From contig NZ_JAFHAP010000018.1 of the NCBI RefSeq assembly GCF_016938855.1, positions 9,825 through 33,824 on the forward strand: a stretch of 24,000 bases of DNA, in the 5' to 3' direction. Numbering within the stretch: position 1 is the stretch's first letter; each line of letters starts with the position of its first letter. Position numbers and translations under genes: made by a program. This stretch comes from Polycladomyces zharkentensis. Lineage in GTDB: Bacteria; Bacillota; Bacilli; Thermoactinomycetales; JIR-001. The notes under the pieces are model-generated. The model had not been told where the DNA came from. It ran no database searches and saw only the letters and a program-made list of their open reading frames with translations. Positions 18,840 to 24,000 of the stretch are shown here, piece by piece.

Positions 18840-19062
18840 GTCCGGTAAATCCGTGTACGAGCCAATGCTTTCCCGGGTGAGCGAAGACTTGAGTCCGGCC
18901 GAGCGAAGAAGCGGAACGCGCAGGATGGAATCGCGGGCAACTTCCTCCGGTGAAGCGTACATTGCCCGCGTCCCGCACTCCGGGTCGAAGCGGCCATCAC
19001 CTGCTTCCTTGCAGGGTGCAGGTGAAGCGAGCCGGAAAAGCATTTGGACGTATTCACCGGTC
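18840..19062 (-). ncRNA. Candidate structured RNA / repeated intergenic element, copy B
   Basis: Homologous to 14700-14910; stems CGCGGGCAA/TTGCCCGCG, CGCTTCG/CGGAGTG, CACCTGC/GCAGGTG, GCTTTTCCGG/CCGGGAAAGC on the minus strand. Confidence 0.5.
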
Positions 19063-19074
19063 AGTCAATTGGCC

Positions 19075-19144
19075 GGGTGACCATTTTCTCCCCTTGGCTT
19101 TTGTCTCACGTCTTCAAAGGGTCACTGACGGAAAATGGTCACCC
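19075..19144. repeat. Perfect 14-bp inverted repeat, 42-nt spacing
   Basis: GGGTGACCATTTTC (19075-19088) / GAAAATGGTCACCC (19131-19144). Confidence 0.85.
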
Positions 19145-19151
19145 TGATCGG

Positions 19152-20183
19152 TCACACTCTCGTGGTCGGCTTGTTTTGTGATTGATTCTGTAATTGCGAA
19201 CGCGACGGTGGGCCGAAACTTTCCCCCGACGGTACGGGATCGGTTACCTTTTCCCGAAGCATGCGGTCAATGCGCGTCAGATCTTCCGCGGTCAGCTCCC
19301 ATCCCATCACGCCGTCCGCTTCTTTCAGTTGTTCCGGACGACGGGCTCCCCACAGCGCGACCGAGACGCCCGTTTGTTGCAAAGCCCAGCGTACGGCCAA
19401 CTGCGTGACGGTTTTTCCTTTTTCCTCAGCCAGTTTTTTCAGCTCGTCAACGGCTGCCAGATACTGACGGAAACGCTCTCCTTGAAACATGGGGCTGCGA
19501 TGGCGAAAGTCGTCTTGCGGGAATGTGGTGTCCGGCGTAAATTTTCCGGTCAGCAGCCCGTGTGCCAGCGTGCCCCAGGTCAGGGTGCCGATTTGATGCT
19601 CCGCGCAGTAACGGAAGGTGGTGTCAAGCTCCTCCGTCTGGAACAAATTCAATCTCGGCTGGTTGCTGTGTAATGGTGCGGTTTGCCTCCAAACATCCAT
19701 TTGCTCAGGCGAATAGTTGCTGACGCCGATCGCACGGATTTTGCCGTCCTGATACAATCGGTGCAACGCTTCGGCCGTTTCCTCGATCGGAACGTCGGGG
19801 TCGGGCCAGTGCACTTGATACAGATCGATATAATCCGTGCGGAGCCGGCGCAGGCTGTCCTCCGCTTCCCGGAAAACGCGATCGCGGGATGAATTGCGCC
19901 AGACCCGCCCTTGATCATTCCACTCCAAACCGACTTTGGTGGCGATGATCACCCGATCCCGTCCGTGTTCGGCCACGGCTTCACCAACGATCTCTTCCGA
20001 CAGGCCCATACCGTACACGGGGGCGGTGTCGATCAGGTTAATCCCTTGATCCAAGGCATGGCGGATCGCTCGTACCGCTTGGGCACGATCCGTGCCTCCC
20101 CATCCCCAACCGCCGATCGCCCAGGTTCCCAGGCCGATCCGCGACACGTTCAAATCGGATGTACCGAGTCGGATATATTCCAT
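19152..20183 (-). CDS. yhdN: Aldo/keto reductase, YhdN (AKR11B)-like
   Basis: 'SRIGLGTWAIGGWGWGG', 'DTAPVYGMGLSEEIVG', 'LYQVHWPDPDVPIEETAEALHRLYQDGKIRAIGVSNYS', 'VALWGARRPEQL'; start 20183 with GGGAGG RBS. Confidence 0.9.
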   Translation of the reverse strand: MEYIRLGTSDLNVSRIGLGTWAIGGWGWGGTDRAQAVRAIRHALDQGINLIDTAPVYGMGLSEEIVGEAVAEHGRDRVIIATKVGLEWNDQGRVWRNSSRDRVFREAEDSLRRLRTDYIDLYQVHWPDPDVPIEETAEALHRLYQDGKIRAIGVSNYSPEQMDVWRQTAPLHSNQPRLNLFQTEELDTTFRYCAEHQIGTLTWGTLAHGLLTGKFTPDTTFPQDDFRHRSPMFQGERFRQYLAAVDELKKLAEEKGKTVTQLAVRWALQQTGVSVALWGARRPEQLKEADGVMGWELTAEDLTRIDRMLREKVTDPVPSGESFGPPSRSQLQNQSQNKPTTRV

Positions 20184-20365
20184 TTCATGACCTCCCGTTA
20201 CCGGATTATTTCTATTGTCTTGTATCGAGCGTCCGCTCGTCAAGGATGTCAGCGCTTTCAAAACTAATATTTTCCTTCCCCGGTTTCACAGCCGGTTTGG
20301 CCGTTTTTCATCCCCCGTGATATAGTTAAAAAGGGAACAAATGTGTTCCGTTACGGAAGGAGAGG

Positions 20366-21187
20366 GTGGGATTGACCTTTTTGGATGTCGCTGTGGAAGC
20401 AGCCCGCCGCGCGGGTGCGTTGATCCGTGAAAAGGCGTACCAAACGAAACAAGTGAAACAGAAAACGTCCGCTTCCGACTTGGTAACCGAAGTGGACCAA
20501 CGTTCGGAAGAAATCATTCGGGACATCGTTTTGCGGCATTTTCCCGACCACGCCATCCTGGGAGAAGAGGGTGTGGCCGCGGGAGACAAAACCGTAGACG
20601 AAGTATGGGAAGAAAGCCGGCAACACGAATATGTCTGGATCGTCGATCCCATCGACGGCACCAGCAATTTCGTACACGGATTTCCCTTTTTCTGCGTGTC
20701 CATTGCACTGGCGAAGAATGGAGAAGCGATCACCGGCGTCGTCTACGATCCGATGCGGGATGAGCTGTTCACCGCGGAAAAAGGGAAGGGAGCGTATCTG
20801 AACGGACAGCCGATCCGTGTCTCGAGCGAGGAGACACTGGCTGAAAGCTTGATGGCGACAGGCTTTTCGTATGGGCAGAGAAGAGTCGAGCAGCAATTGC
20901 GCACATTGATGCGGACGGCTCCGCGTTTCCGGAGTCTTAGAAACGGGGGTGCCGCCGCTTTGCATCTGGCGTATATCGCCGCGGGGAGACTGACGGGATA
21001 TTGGGAGTTGGGGCTCAATCCGTGGGATCTGGCGGCAGGTGTCTTGCTGGTGAAAGAAGCGGGAGGCGAAGTGACCGACACCTGGGGAGGGCCGTTTGAT
21101 CTCACGGTGCGAAACATGTTGGCCACCAACGGAAAGGTGCACCGGGAAATGGTGGAGCTGTTGCGGGAAGCGCAGGCTGATATGTAA
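20366..21187 (+). CDS. Inositol monophosphatase family protein
   Basis: 'ILGEEG', 'WIVDPIDGTSNFVHGFPFFCVSIAL', 'WELGLNPWDLAAGVLLVKEAGG'; GTG start with AAGGAGA RBS. Confidence 0.93.
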   Translation: MGLTFLDVAVEAARRAGALIREKAYQTKQVKQKTSASDLVTEVDQRSEEIIRDIVLRHFPDHAILGEEGVAAGDKTVDEVWEESRQHEYVWIVDPIDGTSNFVHGFPFFCVSIALAKNGEAITGVVYDPMRDELFTAEKGKGAYLNGQPIRVSSEETLAESLMATGFSYGQRRVEQQLRTLMRTAPRFRSLRNGGAAALHLAYIAAGRLTGYWELGLNPWDLAAGVLLVKEAGGEVTDTWGGPFDLTVRNMLATNGKVHREMVELLREAQADM

Positions 21188-21423
21188 CGTGACGGCAGTT
21201 GGTTGACAAAGTCGGGCGCAGATTTTCCGCCTTCGTTTTCCGCGCTCGCCGGGAAATTCGGCGCCGCCTGAAAGAGGGTGGTTTCCCCACGGGCAACCGT
21301 TGAGTGCGCGAAAGAGGAGAGAGGGAAAACGGCGCACCCGAAATCGTGAATGGTTTGATCCACTTTGTCAGCAGTCTGTGACGGTTACATACGCGAAATG
21401 CCGATAACAGGGAGGCGGATACA

Positions 21424-22848
21424 ATGACGATCGATTGGCAGAAAGAAGTGGAGTCCCGGAAAGACGAGCTGCTGGAGAAACTGAAGGCGTTTTTGTCCAT
21501 CGAAAGTGTGTTGGACCCGGATACTGCCGGAGAAGGCGCCCCGTTCGGCAAAGGGATCGATGAGGCGTTGACCTACATGCTGAAACTGGGGGAAGAAAAC
21601 GGATTTACCGTCAAAAACCTGGACGGATACGCCGGACATATCGAGTATGGTGAGGGAGAAGAGACGATCGGCGTTTTGTCCCATATCGATGTGGTGCCGG
21701 CGGGGGACGGCTGGACCACGCCGCCGTTTTCGCCCGACATTCGCGACGGCAAATTGTACGCCCGCGGTGCGATCGATGACAAAGGACCGACGATGGCCGC
21801 GTTTTTCGCCCTGAAGATCGTGAAGGAACTGGGCCTCCCGCTGTCCAAAAAGGTGCGCCTGATCCTGGGTACCGACGAGGAAACCTACTGGCGCTGCATG
21901 GATCACTATTTCAAACATGAGCCGATGCCGGTGATGGGCTTTACGCCCGATGCCGATTTCCCGTTGATCGTGGCGGAAAAAGGCTTCCTCGACATCTCCT
22001 TGCGCGGAGAAGTGCCGTCCGGCGAACCGGTCGCGGACGGGGAAGATACCTGGACGCTCGCTTCCTTTACCGCCGGACAACGGGTGAACATGGTGCCCGA
22101 TTTGGCCAAGGCCAAATTGGTGGGCGAAGGCGATGTGTTTGGCCTGAAGGAAAAGTATCAGGAATTTCTGCTCAGCCGCCGTATCCGGGGGTATGCCGAG
22201 GAAGCGGATGACCACCTGATGCTGGTGTTGGAGGGGGTATCGCATCACGGTTCCGAGCCGGACAAGGGGTTGAACGCCGCGCTGGAGCTGATCCGGTTCC
22301 TGAAGGAACAGGTGCGGTTGGATCAAGACGGTCAGCGTTATGTGGATTTCGCCCATCGTTATCTGGTGGACAGCTTCTTCGGTGAAAAGATGGGACTGGC
22401 GCAGTCGGATGACATCGTGGGCAAATTGACGGTCAATGCCGGTGTGTTCCACTATGAACGGGATGAATCCCCTTTGGTACGGATCAACGTGCGATACCCC
22501 ATTTCCGGGGATCATGAAGCGATTTTGCGGCAGATCGACGAATTGGTCGGTCCGTACGGGCTGCAGGTGAAAGAGGTGGATCACAAAGCGGCCCATGCCG
22601 TGGACAAAAAGCACGAGCTGGTACGCACGCTTTCCCGGGTGTATGAGGAGCAAACCGGGCAAAAAGCCGAATTGCTCGCCATCGGCGGCGGCACCTATGC
22701 CCGGGCATTGGAGGTCGGCGTGGCGTTCGGTCCGCTGTTCCCGGGGCGTGAAGAGACGGCACACCAGAAGGATGAGCACATCGTCGTGGACGATTTGCTG
22801 AAAGCGACGGCTATTTACGCGCAGGCGATTTACGAGTTGGCGAAGTGA
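21424..22848 (+). CDS. pepV: Dipeptidase PepV (Sapep family, M20)
   Basis: 'IGVLSHIDVVPAGDGW', 'YARGAIDDKGPTMAAFFALKIVKELG', 'LGTDEETYWRCMDHYF'; GGGAGGCG near start. Confidence 0.93.
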   Translation: MTIDWQKEVESRKDELLEKLKAFLSIESVLDPDTAGEGAPFGKGIDEALTYMLKLGEENGFTVKNLDGYAGHIEYGEGEETIGVLSHIDVVPAGDGWTTPPFSPDIRDGKLYARGAIDDKGPTMAAFFALKIVKELGLPLSKKVRLILGTDEETYWRCMDHYFKHEPMPVMGFTPDADFPLIVAEKGFLDISLRGEVPSGEPVADGEDTWTLASFTAGQRVNMVPDLAKAKLVGEGDVFGLKEKYQEFLLSRRIRGYAEEADDHLMLVLEGVSHHGSEPDKGLNAALELIRFLKEQVRLDQDGQRYVDFAHRYLVDSFFGEKMGLAQSDDIVGKLTVNAGVFHYERDESPLVRINVRYPISGDHEAILRQIDELVGPYGLQVKEVDHKAAHAVDKKHELVRTLSRVYEEQTGQKAELLAIGGGTYARALEVGVAFGPLFPGREETAHQKDEHIVVDDLLKATAIYAQAIYELAK

Positions 22849-23371
22849 ATGGGGAAAAAGACATGTTATCAACTCCGTAAATGGAGTGTGTGGGGTTCCA
22901 TATCTCGTTGTATGCGGCCGGGCAAGATGCCATGGCAGGAGTGGGCAAAAGAAGAAAAAGCACACATCATCTTTCGGGGAATCGTTTATCAACCGGAGGT
23001 CAAACAGGATAACACTGCCTTCTACCAGGGACGTTGTCGAGTTGTAGGGCACTCAGGTGAGGTGGATCTAGTTTTTGTAAATGAGTTTCTGGCTGTTGTA
23101 AGGGAAGGAACATTGGTTGCGGCAACACCGGATATCATCGTGGCATTAAACGACGAAACGGGTAAACCGATTACCTCTGAGGACTTGTGTCCAGGACAAC
23201 AGGTCACAATCCTTTCACTCCCGGCAGATCACCGGTGGTACTCTAACGAAGGGATGAAGGTGTAGGCCCAGAAGTATGGGGATGGGAAAAAGGAAAAACG
23301 CCTGTTACTGTACCGGTTCAATTTCAACATTACTGTTTGGATCAGGGGTTATGATACCTTGACGGATGGCC
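22849..23371 (+). pseudogene. DUF917 (S-methyl thiohydantoin desulfurase-like) C-terminal remnant, apparently truncated and frameshifted
   Basis: 'AHIIFRGIVYQPEV...VDLVFVNEFLAVVREGTLVAATPDIIVALNDETGKPITSEDLCPGQQVTILSLPADHRWYSNEGMKV' matches my memory of DUF917 C-termini; stop at 23263-23265, -1 frame continues 'VGPEVWGWEKGKTPV'. Confidence 0.55.
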
Positions 23372-23565
23372 AAACGCCGACCTAAATCCCAGACTGCGCG
23401 AAAAAGCGGAGAATTGTAGATTTCTTTGGTGATTGTATGGTTACCCTTCATAACCGGATTCGCGGGATTTTGAACCAGTTTTAGATATTGACTGTATGGC
23501 ATGTTGTTTTTATAGACCGTCATGCAGTCTTTATAAAAGGCAAACTCCTTATCTGTAAGGGACAA
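23305..23565 (-). CDS. Hypothetical small protein (86 aa)
   Basis: Coherent ORF 'MSLTDKEFAFYKDCMTVYKNNMPYSQYLKLVQNPANPVMKGNHTITKEIYNSPLFRAVWDLGRRLAIRQG...'; TTG start, AAAGGTGA upstream. Confidence 0.6.
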   Translation of the reverse strand: MSLTDKEFAFYKDCMTVYKNNMPYSQYLKLVQNPANPVMKGNHTITKEIYNSPLFRAVWDLGRRLAIRQGIITPDPNSNVEIEPVQ

Positions 23566-23634
23566 AGGAATTTTTCACCTTTACGGGTAACGTGGATATT
23601 GTGCACGTTTCAATACCTCCTTTGTATATAGCCA

Positions 23635-23665
23635 AAAACCCGGTTTCCTATGGGAACCGGGTTTT
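23635..23665. terminator. Bidirectional terminator-like hairpin
   Basis: AAAACCCGGTT / AACCGGGTTTT, with additional TCC/GGG pairing. Confidence 0.7.
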
Positions 23666-23667
23666 GG

Positions 23668-23825
23668 ACTTTGATGCTCCCGCTAGGTAGTTTGGGGTTC
23701 TCCAAGCTGCTTAGGACGACGGCTCCCATCAATGATGCGTGCCTGGACTCCAGATGTGCCCGCATCTGGAGCCATTAGCCTAGGATTGACACCTACCTTG
23801 GGTAGTTAGGGCTTTTTTCCAGCTT
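23668..23825. other. Unexplained structured segment (candidate ncRNA or IS200/IS605 TnpB right-end remnant)
   Basis: Contains CTCCAGATG/CATCTGGAG hairpin, outer pairings CTAGGTAG/CTACCTTGG and CTTAGG/CCTAGG, and a T run on the plus strand after GGGTAGTTAGGGC. Confidence 0.35.
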
Positions 23826-23851
23826 TATTATATCGTATTGGATGCTAAACT

Positions 23852-24000
23852 TCATTCATTATTGTTTTTTTCGTCCGGTGGCATCCAGACATCAATAAAA
23901 ACGATTCGATCCGTTGGATCGTACAATTTGATACTCTTCGGATCAGAGGGGGAAGGGAGAGGCTTACTGGCTGCTTCGTATTGTAAAATTGCTTCCTCCA
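23852..24000 (-). CDS. C-terminal end of an unidentified protein (partial)
   Basis: Open frame from window edge to stop: 'EEAILQYEAASKPLPSPSDPKSIKLYDPTDRIVFIDVWMPPDEKNNNE*'. Confidence 0.55.
   Translation of the reverse strand, partial: EEAILQYEAASKPLPSPSDPKSIKLYDPTDRIVFIDVWMPPDEKNNNE

Noticed and set aside
20351-21337. Long 328-aa minus-strand ORF antisense to the inositol monophosphatase gene
   Set aside because: Opposite strand of a clear enzyme gene in GC-rich DNA; shadow ORF.
21206-21372. TGACAAAGT / ACTTTGTCA inverted repeat flanking the gap between the inositol monophosphatase and pepV genes
   Set aside because: Only 9 bp over ~150 nt; plausible by chance, with no supporting internal structure or second copy.
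21385-23052. 555-aa minus-strand ORF antisense to pepV
   Set aside because: Shadow ORF; plus strand encodes clear M20 dipeptidase motifs.
1-24000. CRISPR arrays, retron, toxin-antitoxin or phage-defence modules
   Set aside because: No regularly spaced repeats, reverse transcriptase, nuclease or paired small toxin/antitoxin genes recognised on either strand.

Overview
This window looks like a chromosome segment from a moderately GC-rich Bacillota, probably near Thermoactinomycetaceae (inferred from gene content only). Most of it is ordinary: a TrkH-type K+ transporter (partial), a small ABC operon, a TPR protein, MerR+MFS, a basic amino-acid APC permease, DUF47+Pit, a yvdTRS-like TetR/SMR drug-efflux operon, an EamA transporter, an aromatic-acid-exporter-like protein, lutABC with a FadR-type regulator, a YhdN-like aldo/keto reductase, an inositol monophosphatase and a PepV dipeptidase. 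The most interesting non-coding signal is a ~210-220 nt element present twice, at 14700-14910 and 18840-19062. Both copies lie in intergenic gaps in the same orientation, upstream of minus-strand genes. The copies differ mainly in ways that keep minus-strand stems paired (G.U wobbles and at least one compensatory change), which suggests a repeated structured RNA not explained by the coding features. Secondary signals: an unexplained structured/TnpB-like segment at 23668-23825, an AT-rich acquired island at 10.0-12.1 kb with transposase debris, a terminator-like hairpin directly abutting the APC permease start codon, a divergent ABC ATPase, and a frameshifted DUF917 remnant. No CRISPR array, tRNA or rRNA was recognised.
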